64,000 bases of DNA from Candidatus Binatia bacterium (lineage in GTDB: Bacteria; Desulfobacterota; Binatia; Bin18): NCBI GenBank assembly GCA_963666315.2, contig CAXXHG010000040.1:1-64000 (forward strand), in the 5' to 3' direction. The translations under genes and the position numbers were made by a program. This document shows positions 39,236-48,577 of the stretch, piece after piece. Under the pieces are notes generated by a model that ran no database searches, had not been told where the DNA came from, and saw only the letters and a program-made list of their open reading frames with translations. Position 1 is the first letter of the stretch. Every line of letters starts with the position of its first letter.

Positions 39236-39775
39236 ATGGGAGAAACAGTCAAAGTCAAGATAAGACCATTGACGTCTGAAGCTTTTCAAGCCTACGGGGA
39301 AGTCCTGGAACGCAAAAAGCTGATCTACCCCGAAACTGAAGAAGGCAAGGTAGCCATGGAATTGCTCTCTTTTCACTATCGCCCGAATGCCAAAATCATG
39401 GACCAGATGGCCATTCACTTTTCTTACAATCAAACCTTTATTCCCGTACAAGGCTCTTTAATCCTGGTTGTTGCGCCACCGCCGAGCAGTCGTGACGGTG
39501 GGCCTGAGACGTATGAGCTTGATTACGACAAGGTTGCGGCCTTCAACGTTGATGCTGGCCAGGCTGCCTTCATTTATAAAGGCACGTGGCATAACGCCCT
39601 GACCCTGGGCACAGAATGTTCGTTTATTAACATCACTCGCAAGAACGAGGGCGAAGGCAATAGTCCCGCCGGCGAAATGGAAGGTAAAATTGAGCAGGCG
39701 CATGCCGTGCGATCGTATGTGGAATTTGTGGATATGAAGAAGCGGGACGGGCGGGTGATTGAACTCGAAGTGTGA
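39236..39775 (+). CDS. Ureidoglycolate-lyase-like cupin
   Basis: PLTSEAFQAYGEV, HFSYNQTFIP, YKGTWH. Confidence 0.7.
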   Translation: MGETVKVKIRPLTSEAFQAYGEVLERKKLIYPETEEGKVAMELLSFHYRPNAKIMDQMAIHFSYNQTFIPVQGSLILVVAPPPSSRDGGPETYELDYDKVAAFNVDAGQAAFIYKGTWHNALTLGTECSFINITRKNEGEGNSPAGEMEGKIEQAHAVRSYVEFVDMKKRDGRVIELEV

Positions 39776-39787
39776 GGAGGGCTCCTT

Positions 39788-40903
39788 GTGACGTATAAGA
39801 TCGTTTCGGCCGACTCCCATATGTGCGAGCCGCCCAAGCTCTGGGTGGACGGTATTGATAAACAGTTCAGTGACCGTGCCCCGCGCGTGGTCAAAGACCC
39901 CGGAGATAAGAAGGGCCATTTCTTTGTATGCGAAGACCTGCCTCCTTTCCGAGTCTCAGGGGCATTTGCGGCTGGGCAGACATTTAATAAAGATTTTATG
40001 GAAACCGGCCTGGAAGATGCCCTTCCCGGCGGCTGGGACCCCGCCGCGCGGCTCAAAGATATGGAGATGGACGGCGTCCAAGCCGAAGTGCTGTACACGA
40101 CTTGTGCCTTTGTCCTGTTCTGGCTCGAAGATGCTGTGCTGCAGGAAGCCTGCTTTCGGGTGTATAACGACTGGCTGGCTGAGTTTTGTCGTTACGATCC
40201 GAAGAAGTTCGCCGGTCTGGGGCTCATCTCTCTGTTTGATATTGAGCAAGGCCGCAAAGAACTTGAACGCTGCAAAAAGATGGGGCTCAAGGGCGCGATG
40301 ATCTGGGCCTCACCGCCGGACGACCAACCCTATGGTTCCTCTGCCTACGACCCTTTTTGGGCAACGGCTCAGGAACTCGACATGCCGCTGTCTCTGCATC
40401 TGGCAACCGGGCGCAGTAAAGATAGCCAGCAGGATGAAACCGACATTGCTGAGTTATATGTGCGTATGATTATCCGACCGAGTGAAATGCAGCACTCTTT
40501 CCTACGGCTCATCTTTAGCGGGGTTTTGGAACGATTCCCTACTCTCAAGTTTGTGTCGGCGGAAGGTGATATTGCCTGGGTACCGCATCTTTTGGAGCGA
40601 GCGGATAAGTATTATCGCCGCTTTAAAGAAGGCTATGGGGTTCAGCTCTCACTCAAGCCGAGTGAATATTTCCAGCGCCAGATGTACGCGACCTTTATTG
40701 ACGATCCGATGGGCCTCAAGACGTATAACCTGGCGGGTGGAGCGGATCATTTTATGTGGTCTACCGACTATCCGCACCAGGCATCAACGTTCCCGCATAC
40801 CCAGGAAGCGCTGGAAAAAGCCTTTCAGGATGTTCGGTTAGCGGACAAGCAGAAGATCGTGCGTGATAACGCGTCAAAATTGTATGGATTACCGCTGGAG
40901 TAA
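39788..40903 (+). CDS. Amidohydrolase family protein
   Basis: SADSHMCEPP, YNDWLAEFC, GVLERFP, WSTDYPH. Confidence 0.9.
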   Translation: MTYKIVSADSHMCEPPKLWVDGIDKQFSDRAPRVVKDPGDKKGHFFVCEDLPPFRVSGAFAAGQTFNKDFMETGLEDALPGGWDPAARLKDMEMDGVQAEVLYTTCAFVLFWLEDAVLQEACFRVYNDWLAEFCRYDPKKFAGLGLISLFDIEQGRKELERCKKMGLKGAMIWASPPDDQPYGSSAYDPFWATAQELDMPLSLHLATGRSKDSQQDETDIAELYVRMIIRPSEMQHSFLRLIFSGVLERFPTLKFVSAEGDIAWVPHLLERADKYYRRFKEGYGVQLSLKPSEYFQRQMYATFIDDPMGLKTYNLAGGADHFMWSTDYPHQASTFPHTQEALEKAFQDVRLADKQKIVRDNASKLYGLPLE

Positions 40904-40929
40904 GGTATCGAAGAATTATCTTCCCCTTT

Positions 40930-41016
40930 TCTGTCATTCTGTGTAGCGCGAAGAATCTCTCTGAGAGACCCTTCGCGGAGTTTATCCTGAGTGCAATCGA
41001 AGGGCTCAGGGTGGCA
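40930..41016. repeat. REP-like palindromic repeat cluster
   Basis: tgtcattctg..gcgaagaatct..cccttcg..cctgagtgcaatcgaagggctcagggtggca. Confidence 0.6.
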
Positions 41017-41058
41017 AGGCTGTCGCATTCGGCATACAATCTTTTTTGAGGAATACCC

Positions 41059-42315
41059 ATGCAAACCCAACACACCGGCAACGGGAGTAACGGAACATCC
41101 TTTTCCTGGCCTAGCGAGGGTGTAGCGCGGGTGCCGTATCAGGTTTTTTTTGATCCGGACATTTACGCCCAAGAGCAGGCTAAACTCTTTCGGGGCCGGA
41201 CGTGGAACTATGTCGCGCTCGAAGCTGAGGTTGCCCAGCCCGGCGATTTCAAATCGACCTTTATCGGTGACACGCCCATTGTTGTCACGCGCGATAAAGA
41301 AGGCGGGCTGCAGGCGTTTGTGAATCGTTGCGCACACCGGGGCGCACTGGTCTGTCGCGAGCTGTCCGGCAATCGTCCCACACACACCTGCATCTACCAC
41401 CAGTGGAGTTATGATCTCAAGGGTAATCTTATTGGCGTGCCGTTTAAGAGAGGTATAGGCGGGGTGGGTGGCTACGGCCCAGATTTTGATCTCTCCCGGC
41501 ATACCCTCCAAAAGCTGCGGGTTGCAGCCTACCGCGGACTTGTCTTTGCAACTTTCAGTCAGGAAGTTGAATCGCTTAAAGACTATTTGAGTCCTGCCAT
41601 GTGTGAGTGGCTGGATCGGCTCTTTGACCGGCCTGTGCAGGTGCTAGGGTACACGCGTCAATGGGTAAACGCCAACTGGAAGCTGTATTTCGAGAATGTC
41701 AAAGACCCGTACCACGCGAGCCTGTTGCATCTATTCCATGCTACGTTCGGGCTCTATCGTTCGTCTCAAGCTGGCGGCGTGATCCTGGACGCGCACTCTC
41801 GACACGACGTGCTGCACGCTGAGCCTAGGGCGCAAGAGGACCTGTCTGCGTATGAATCTGGGCTGCACAGCTATCAGAAGGGCTATACGCTGGCGGATCC
41901 GTCTGTCCTACAAGGCCGACCGGAGTTTGAGGGCCTATTCATCCAGACAATTTTTCCGTGCCTCGTCGTTCAGCAGATCTCGAATACATTGGCCGTCCGG
42001 CAGCTCCTGCCCAAAGCGCCGGATCGGTTCGAGTTGATCTTTACCTACTTCGGGTATGAAGACGATGATGCGGAGTTGCGCGAGATCAGGCTGAAGCAAG
42101 CCAATCTGGTAGGCCCGGCCGGACTGATTTCTATGGAAGACGGGTACGCCGCTGAGATCGTGCAGCAGTCGGTTACTGGTGACTGCAGCGCGGCCTCGTT
42201 TGTTGAAATGGGTGGAACCGGCGTCGCGAGCGAAGAGAGCCTGATAACAGAAACCGCTATTCGTGGTTTTTGGGGCTATTACCGCGATGCCATGGGCTTT
42301 CAGTCCGGAGCATAA
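41059..42315 (+). CDS. Rieske aromatic ring-hydroxylating oxygenase alpha subunit (salicylate/anthranilate/terephthalate group)
   Basis: NRCAHRG..CIYHQWSY Rieske motif; NWKLYFENVKDPYHASLLH; ISMEDG. Confidence 0.92.
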   Translation: MQTQHTGNGSNGTSFSWPSEGVARVPYQVFFDPDIYAQEQAKLFRGRTWNYVALEAEVAQPGDFKSTFIGDTPIVVTRDKEGGLQAFVNRCAHRGALVCRELSGNRPTHTCIYHQWSYDLKGNLIGVPFKRGIGGVGGYGPDFDLSRHTLQKLRVAAYRGLVFATFSQEVESLKDYLSPAMCEWLDRLFDRPVQVLGYTRQWVNANWKLYFENVKDPYHASLLHLFHATFGLYRSSQAGGVILDAHSRHDVLHAEPRAQEDLSAYESGLHSYQKGYTLADPSVLQGRPEFEGLFIQTIFPCLVVQQISNTLAVRQLLPKAPDRFELIFTYFGYEDDDAELREIRLKQANLVGPAGLISMEDGYAAEIVQQSVTGDCSAASFVEMGGTGVASEESLITETAIRGFWGYYRDAMGFQSGA

Positions 42316-42339
42316 TCGCCAAGTATAATCGGAGGAGTC

Positions 42340-42834
42340 ATGAGCGTGATGAATGCCATTGAAACACGCTTTGCGGTCGAAGATCTGCTGTATGCCTATG
42401 TCGATTGCCTGGACCATAACCGGCTTGAGGAATGGCCGGATTTTTTTGTCGAAGACTGTCTGTACCAGATCATCCCGCATGAGAATGCATCTCAGGACCT
42501 GCCGATCTCACTCATCTATTGTGACAGTCGGGGTATGCTGCAGGATCGCGTGACCGCCCATCGCACAGCGAACTATTATGCACCGCATTTATACCGACAC
42601 ATCGTCAGCGGTGTACGGATTCTTGGTGAAGAAGATGGCGTGGTCTCCGCCCAGGCAAACTACGTCGTACTTCAGACGCATCTTGATCCGATCGACTACG
42701 GCAGCACCGAAGTCTATAGCGCGGGCGAGTATCGAGACAAAATTATTTTCAAGGATGGCTTGGCGAAGCTGAAAGAGAAGATCGTTGTCGTTGACACGAG
42801 TCGCATTTCGTCGCTGTTAGCAACGCCGCTGTAG
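42340..42834 (+). CDS. Ring-hydroxylating oxygenase beta subunit
   Basis: LEEWPDFF, SRGMLQDRV, YRHIVS, GEYRD, LLATPL. Confidence 0.9.
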   Translation: MSVMNAIETRFAVEDLLYAYVDCLDHNRLEEWPDFFVEDCLYQIIPHENASQDLPISLIYCDSRGMLQDRVTAHRTANYYAPHLYRHIVSGVRILGEEDGVVSAQANYVVLQTHLDPIDYGSTEVYSAGEYRDKIIFKDGLAKLKEKIVVVDTSRISSLLATPL

Positions 42835-42880
42835 ATGCCATATTGTTTGGTTGTTTGGAGGGGTGGCTGGCCGGTCACCG

Positions 42881-43540
42881 CTACGTCTGTAGTACTGCCC
42901 GTTTCCCTGCCATCCAGACTATCCCCAGCGAAATCACACTCCACAGTCCCGCCCACACAAACGCTGGCACGGCTGTTATCTCCGCCAGAATAACGGCGTC
43001 CGTCCGCGTACCGATAAACAGAAAATCGGTTAGATCGTATACCGCATACAGCGCACTCGTCACTGCAAGGATGTCGACAATGTAATGGCTGCCAGGAAAA
43101 GGTCGGCGCGATAGAAAAGCGAAGGCCACGGCTGTGCCCAGACCAAAAGCTAACCCAAATCCGTTGCGAACAAAAAAGATCGTGACCAGGCCGAAAAAGA
43201 TCGCCAGCCCAAAGAAGACGGCCGAAGCCCACTCCTGCCGCGTTGAGAGCAATAAGAGAAATCCACCGAAGAGCGCGCTCCCGATATAGCCCGCTGCGGC
43301 GATGAAGAGCGAATTCCCGCCGGCATGCTGGACATAGCCCGACTGCCACGGCGTCACGACCATAGCGATGACTTGGCCTCCAGTGAGAATTGTTGTCAGG
43401 GCATGGCTTGCTTCGTGGATGAAGACCACAAAAATTTTTACCGGATAGAGCAAAGGCGTATGCCAGAACACGAGAGACAGGAAGCCAATGCTGAGGAAAA
43501 CAATGAGCTGGCGGATATTCAAGCGTTGCTTATTCTGCAT
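42881..43540 (-). CDS. Peptidase M50B-like membrane metalloprotease
   Basis: HEASH, AGYIGS, TDA motif, several TM helices. Confidence 0.85.
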   Translation of the reverse strand: MQNKQRLNIRQLIVFLSIGFLSLVFWHTPLLYPVKIFVVFIHEASHALTTILTGGQVIAMVVTPWQSGYVQHAGGNSLFIAAAGYIGSALFGGFLLLLSTRQEWASAVFFGLAIFFGLVTIFFVRNGFGLAFGLGTAVAFAFLSRRPFPGSHYIVDILAVTSALYAVYDLTDFLFIGTRTDAVILAEITAVPAFVWAGLWSVISLGIVWMAGKRAVLQT

Positions 43541-43702
43541 AGGCGTACTGTTCCTAAGCGGTTCTCATGAAGATAGATCCTCTGATGTAGGCATAGGATA
43601 TGTTCTCGAGCGAGGCAGGTGAACCACCAGGACGAATCGGACAACCCAGTGCTGTTTCGTGCGCTTGGTCTACGTCACCAGACTGAAGGAGGGAACAATC
43701 GG

Positions 43703-44725
43703 ATGGTCTTAAGCTGGGGACAAGAGATGCTGAGAAAGGCTCCCTTGAAGTCGGTGCTGCCAGGAGCCTTCCTACAGCTCTGTTTTCTCCTCATAGTGAC
43801 CGGCGGGTTTGCTGTTGCTGAAGAGAGTAGAACAACACAGAACCAAACGGAAAAAGCTCCTTCTTCATCAACCCTTTTGTACTATTCAGACTACTTCTCC
43901 TTTATCGGAAAGGATGAAAAAGGGCGAGTCGCTTTTGCGCTGGATAATAACCGTGGACAGGATGGCAATTCCTGGCAGGCCGAGCATTTTGTGGTGCTGC
44001 ATGCCGAGCAGGAAGGACGACAAGGTTGGGTCACGGTGGCTGGCAATGGCTCTTATAAGAATCAGAAGCATGAATTGCAGACGATTCCGGACTCGGATTT
44101 CTTTCAGTTCGAAGGGAAGCCGTCTCAAGGCATTGTCATTCGGAGTGCAAAGAATCAGCTGACCTTACAGTTAGAACCGATTCCCGTTCGGCTCACGCGT
44201 ACCCATAACGGTGGACAGTTTCTCATGGGTTCCGCTCCAGGAGTGCTTAAGTGGAAAGGCCGGACACTCAAAGGACGCGTGATCTACGAGTATTTGCACA
44301 TGCCGAACTTTAACCGCCTCACCAGAAAATATCCTGGTATGTGGAAGGACTTTCACGGGCTGTATGCATGGGTTGAAGGCGGAGGCGATCTATATGTCCA
44401 TGACCAACAGGGCGAACTCTTTAAGCCCCTTGTCGGCGAACTGGTTGGCTTCACGGTTCTGGATGGGAAAGATATAGCTCTTGAGGACTTGCGCGTCGAA
44501 GTCCTTGAAACACAACAAGCCAAGGGTATGTATCGTTGGCCTATCCATTGGCAGGGCGGCTGGACGATGCATACTAAGCCCGCCACTTTTGAGCTGCGAT
44601 TGTCCGAACTCGAGGTGATTAGTAATTGGGTCGTAGGCGGTTTTTCCATGGGGGTTATCACCGGCGAGCTGAGCGTCGGTGGGCGGGAAAAAGCGCTGTA
44701 CGGGTTGGGGGAGCTATTGATTTAG
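43703..44725 (+). CDS. Exported hypothetical protein
   Basis: Hydrophobic signal-like segment ending AVA-EE; beta-rich, aromatic-rich body; start codon uncertain. Confidence 0.65.
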   Translation: MVLSWGQEMLRKAPLKSVLPGAFLQLCFLLIVTGGFAVAEESRTTQNQTEKAPSSSTLLYYSDYFSFIGKDEKGRVAFALDNNRGQDGNSWQAEHFVVLHAEQEGRQGWVTVAGNGSYKNQKHELQTIPDSDFFQFEGKPSQGIVIRSAKNQLTLQLEPIPVRLTRTHNGGQFLMGSAPGVLKWKGRTLKGRVIYEYLHMPNFNRLTRKYPGMWKDFHGLYAWVEGGGDLYVHDQQGELFKPLVGELVGFTVLDGKDIALEDLRVEVLETQQAKGMYRWPIHWQGGWTMHTKPATFELRLSELEVISNWVVGGFSMGVITGELSVGGREKALYGLGELLI

Positions 44726-45760
44726 ATAGTCGATCAGACAGACAGACAGACCGTCAATCGATTTTCGCTTGTTCCTGCAGCCACTGCCCAATAGCGTCGT
44801 GTGCCCGAGCAGGATGCCCAGATGTTTCTCATTCGGGAGAATGGCAGATTCGGAAGACTCCTGCAGGTGAGGAGGCGCGAAATCTCTGTACCCGATCACG
44901 GCTTTCGGGAGAAATAATTCATCCTCAGATCCAATCCACAAACCGAAGGGTCGGTCGAGTTGTGCAAACTGCTCTTGTGGAGCGTACGGGGTAATGGCGA
45001 TCGCCATATTCCGGGTCAGGCTACCCGTCATGCCGGGATCACTGGCGAGGAGTTCTGCTGGATAGTTCAAAAACACGGCAGGCGTATTGCCAAATAGTCT
45101 TCCGCCCGTCATCCCTGACAGAATGAAAACCCAGGTGCGGACGGTAACAAAGGTGTTTATCTCATCACTCGGTCGCGCAGTCTGTGACAATCGTCCCAAC
45201 TGCGGGGCAAGCAAGACATAGCCATCAACTGCTTCCCTTTTTTCCCAGGTCGCATAATTAAGGCTGAGGCCGGCTCCAGAGGAGTGGCCGCCGACAAACA
45301 AGGGTACGTCCGGCTGCTGGCGTCGAAAATGCTGAACAAAGGAGCGCACGTCTTCCCAGACTTGTGCAACACTGGGGGCATCTCCTTTTGCCCCTTTGGA
45401 CGCACCATGGCCACGAATATCAACCAGGATGGTGGAGATCTGACATCTGTCACGTAAGTGCGTCGCCAAATGAAGATAGCTTGCAGTACTATGCGCTCCT
45501 CCGCCATGATAGAAAAGCAGTTGAGCCAGCGCTGGCTGGTGCGGAACATACGCGTAATAGGCGAGCCCAGTCCCATCTGTGGCTTCAAGGTATTGTGGCT
45601 TGACACTGTCAGCTGGTCCGGCCGTACTCAGTGCAGTGAGGAAAGCTTGTAACATATGTGGACTTTCTGATGGCTGAGAATTGTGTCGGATGAAGAGAAA
45701 GAGCCCTATCCCCAAGAGGCCGGCGAGTATGCCGAACGTGGCAAGCGGACGACCTCGCAT
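44714..45760 (-). CDS. Membrane-anchored alpha/beta hydrolase (lysophospholipase-like)
   Basis: N-terminal TM, HGGG, DIRGHG, GHSSG, EDELF, KHL; likely 1-nt deletion near 44805 (alternate frame HDAIGQWLQEQAKID*). Confidence 0.8.
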   Translation of the reverse strand: MRGRPLATFGILAGLLGIGLFLFIRHNSQPSESPHMLQAFLTALSTAGPADSVKPQYLEATDGTGLAYYAYVPHQPALAQLLFYHGGGAHSTASYLHLATHLRDRCQISTILVDIRGHGASKGAKGDAPSVAQVWEDVRSFVQHFRRQQPDVPLFVGGHSSGAGLSLNYATWEKREAVDGYVLLAPQLGRLSQTARPSDEINTFVTVRTWVFILSGMTGGRLFGNTPAVFLNYPAELLASDPGMTGSLTRNMAIAITPYAPQEQFAQLDRPFGLWIGSEDELFLPKAVIGYRDFAPPHLQESSESAILPNEKHLGILLGHTTLLGSGCRNKRKSIDGLSVCLIDYLNQ

Positions 45761-46044
45761 TGCATTACCCTTCACATCTGTCAGCACTCGCCCATGCGAA
45801 TGATACTCCGACCTGGGATGAAATCTAAGAGTTCACGTACATCTACGTCAGTCGGTTGTATGGGTCTATCCAATCAAAATGATTGAGTGCTGTATCAAGT
45901 TGAATGCTTTTAGCAATCATGTTTAAAAAAAGATCAACGATATCAATATCTTATCGATAGTCGAGCCTGGCATGTATTTTGGTCTAGAGTAAGGCTAGTA
46001 AAATAGGCGAGAAAATTGCCATTATCAAGAAAGGAGCAGAAAAA

Positions 46045-46992
46045 ATGGATGTAATCAAAGGCCATCACCATATTACGTTGTGCGTCGGGGGAGCGCAGGA
46101 AGACTATGACTTTCATACGCAGCTGCTCGGACTACGGAGTGTGAAGAAGACCGTCCTCTTTGATGGGACCGCGCCAATTTACCACTTGTACTATGGAAAT
46201 GAGACCGGAGATCCGAGCACCCTGGTGACCACTTTTCCGATGCGTCAGTCGGGTCGAAAAGGACGCAAGGGAAGCGGTCAAGTAAAAATCCTGGCTCTTT
46301 CAGTTCCCAGTGCGTCGCTCGATTTTTGGTCAGAACGACTGAACACTTTCGGTTATCAGAATACGCGACTGGCTCGCTTTGACGAACAGCGGGTGCATTT
46401 CGAGCATCCGTGCGGTATTGAGTACGAGCTTGTTGGGGATGATGCTGATGAGCGAAAACCGTGGACGACGGAAGACACGCCGGCGGCGGTCGCGGTCCGC
46501 GGAGTGCATAGCATCACGGTCTCAGTGCAGGACCTGACCCATCAGGCTGAGTTTATGGACGATGCGTTTGGTTTTCGGAAAACGGTACAGGACGGGCCAT
46601 ATACGCGTTCTGAAGTCAAAGACGGTGGGGCCGGTCGGATCGTTGAGCATGTCCTTGAGCCTGACGTCGGTCAGGGGAGCTGGACGTTTGGTGAAGGCAT
46701 TGTCCACCACTGTGCCTTTCGCGTTGATGGAAATGAGCCCCAGCTTGCGTTTCGGGATTATGTCGAGGGCATGGGCTATACTGATGTTTCCGATGTCAAA
46801 GATCGCAAGTATTTCTACTCGGTCTATGTCCGGACCCCGGGTGGAACATTATTTGAAGCCGCGAATTCTGTGGCCGATGGCTTTATGATCGATGAACCCA
46901 AGCAGGATCTCGGCAAAGACTTCCAATTGCCGCCCTGGTATGAGGATCGTCGCCAAGAGCTTATTGGTGCGCTTGAACCGATTGAGTACTAA
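46045..46992 (+). CDS. VOC-family ring-cleaving dioxygenase, PcpA/LinE (hydroquinone 1,2-dioxygenase)-like
   Basis: HHITLC, PIYHLYYG, TTFP..GRKG, QGSWTFGEGIVHHCAF, YVRTPGGTLFE. Confidence 0.85.
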   Translation: MDVIKGHHHITLCVGGAQEDYDFHTQLLGLRSVKKTVLFDGTAPIYHLYYGNETGDPSTLVTTFPMRQSGRKGRKGSGQVKILALSVPSASLDFWSERLNTFGYQNTRLARFDEQRVHFEHPCGIEYELVGDDADERKPWTTEDTPAAVAVRGVHSITVSVQDLTHQAEFMDDAFGFRKTVQDGPYTRSEVKDGGAGRIVEHVLEPDVGQGSWTFGEGIVHHCAFRVDGNEPQLAFRDYVEGMGYTDVSDVKDRKYFYSVYVRTPGGTLFEAANSVADGFMIDEPKQDLGKDFQLPPWYEDRRQELIGALEPIEY

Positions 46993-47020
46993 ACTCTTGC
47001 CTATTTGATGAGGAGGTCTA

Positions 47021-47614
47021 ATGGTGCGCTTTACTGGAGTTAATCATCTTGCCTTCGTGACTGGAGACATGGATAAAACTGTCCGCTTTTGGCGTGACTT
47101 GCTTGGCATGCGGCTGGTTGCCACGATTGGAGAGCAAGGCTTTCGACATTATTTCTTTGAGCTGTCTGAGACTGATACGGTTGCCTTTTTCGAATGGGAC
47201 GGGGCGGAGCCTGTGCCAGAGAAACGCCATGGGGTGGCTTTCCGTGGTCCGATTGCGTTTGACCATGTGGCGTTTGGTCTAGAATCAGCAAACGAACTAT
47301 GGGAACTCAAAGACAAATTGGCGGCAGCCGGGTATGAAGTCTCCGGCCCTATTGATCATGGATTTATCCATTCGATCGATGCGTTTGACCCCAACGGCAT
47401 TCCCATCGAGTTTACCTATAACGTGCCAGGTATTGATATCCGCAAGACGCCTGTCTTTGGCGACAAAGATCCCGCAGCAACCGCGCAAGAAGGCACCGAG
47501 CCACAACCGGACGTGTGGCCTGCCGTCTTACGACCGACCCCAGCCGCACAACGGACTATTAAGAAAGGTGCAGGGGGTGAGTTAGGATCGTATCGTCAGA
47601 AAGAAGCGCAGTAG
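47021..47614 (+). CDS. VOC/glyoxalase family protein
   Basis: GVNHLAF, RHYFF, DHVAF, DHGFIHS..DPNGIPIEF. Confidence 0.88.
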   Translation: MVRFTGVNHLAFVTGDMDKTVRFWRDLLGMRLVATIGEQGFRHYFFELSETDTVAFFEWDGAEPVPEKRHGVAFRGPIAFDHVAFGLESANELWELKDKLAAAGYEVSGPIDHGFIHSIDAFDPNGIPIEFTYNVPGIDIRKTPVFGDKDPAATAQEGTEPQPDVWPAVLRPTPAAQRTIKKGAGGELGSYRQKEAQ

Positions 47615-47659
47615 ATCCGGCTCTTCAGGAGTAGAGAGGCATGTTTCCTGCGGAACGGA

Positions 47660-48259
47660 CTACAATGCCGCGATCGGCGCGGCGAGCTCTTCCTCAGCCT
47701 GCGGATTAACAATCGGATCCGCACTGAGGTCCATGTCTTTGGCCGTCCGCATTGTCCCAATGATCCAGTCTGCCAGCACGTTCACCACATTGAGGTTCTG
47801 GTAGGGATAGCGGTGGTGAATATAGTGATGCGTGTTCACGAATTTGAAGGCGCGGGTGTGTTCGATCCAGCGGTTACTCGGGACATGCATACAAAAGTGC
47901 ATATATTCATACAGCATATAATCGCCCGTCAGCCCAAGGAGGCCGCCAACAAAGACCGGCCAGCCAAACAGCCAGCCCAGGCCCAGTAACAGCGGTAAAT
48001 GCAGTCCGATGAGCAGCGGAGCATTCCACCACGCAAACTTGACTTTTTTTTCATCAACTCCAGGTTGGATATGGTAGGTGGGGTCCGCCCGGAAGAGGCC
48101 GTGGTGAACCAATGCATGCGCGTGGAAAGAATAGGGCAAAGTCAGCGTGTGCATCAAATATTTATGCAACGCCCATTCAAAAAAACTGGCATACAAAACA
48201 ATTCCAACAAACCCAGCCGTACCTGTTGCCAGTCCCCAGAGGAAGAGTTCAAGAGTCAA
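47660..48259 (-). CDS. Fatty acid hydroxylase/sterol desaturase-family membrane protein
   Basis: His boxes HKYLMH, HALVHH, HFCMH, HHYIHH with TM segments. Confidence 0.8.
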   Translation of the reverse strand: MTLELFLWGLATGTAGFVGIVLYASFFEWALHKYLMHTLTLPYSFHAHALVHHGLFRADPTYHIQPGVDEKKVKFAWWNAPLLIGLHLPLLLGLGWLFGWPVFVGGLLGLTGDYMLYEYMHFCMHVPSNRWIEHTRAFKFVNTHHYIHHRYPYQNLNVVNVLADWIIGTMRTAKDMDLSADPIVNPQAEEELAAPIAAL

Positions 48260-48363
48260 TGTTTGCCGCCTTTCCCGTATGACGTCCCGCTCCTCATCTC
48301 CCGGCTCCTAGCCGAGAAACGACTCCGTGGGGACGCTATTTTTCTAATATGGATCCTGTTGAG

Positions 48364-48397
48364 TATGAAGTCCTGCTTGTTATGAAGTCCTGCTTGT
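48364..48397. repeat. Perfect 17-bp tandem duplication in a divergent promoter region
   Basis: tatgaagtcctgcttgt x2. Confidence 0.8.
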
Positions 48398-48577
48398 ATA
48401 GAGAAAAGCCGCCTGCCTGGCAATAGCCTATTTTGTAGGCATGCAAGATTGCAGTGCGACAAATTTCAGTGTAACTGATTCCCTTTCCTAAGTCCCGTCC
48501 GGGATGATACTTGACGCTGAAAAACAACTTGCCTAAAGGATGGAGACGCTTCATACGTCTCGTGGAGGTATATTATT

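Noticed and set aside
45968-45984. Sigma54 promoter upstream of the dioxygenase
   Set aside because: TGGCAT is present but the -12 element reads TTGG rather than TTGC; too weak to call
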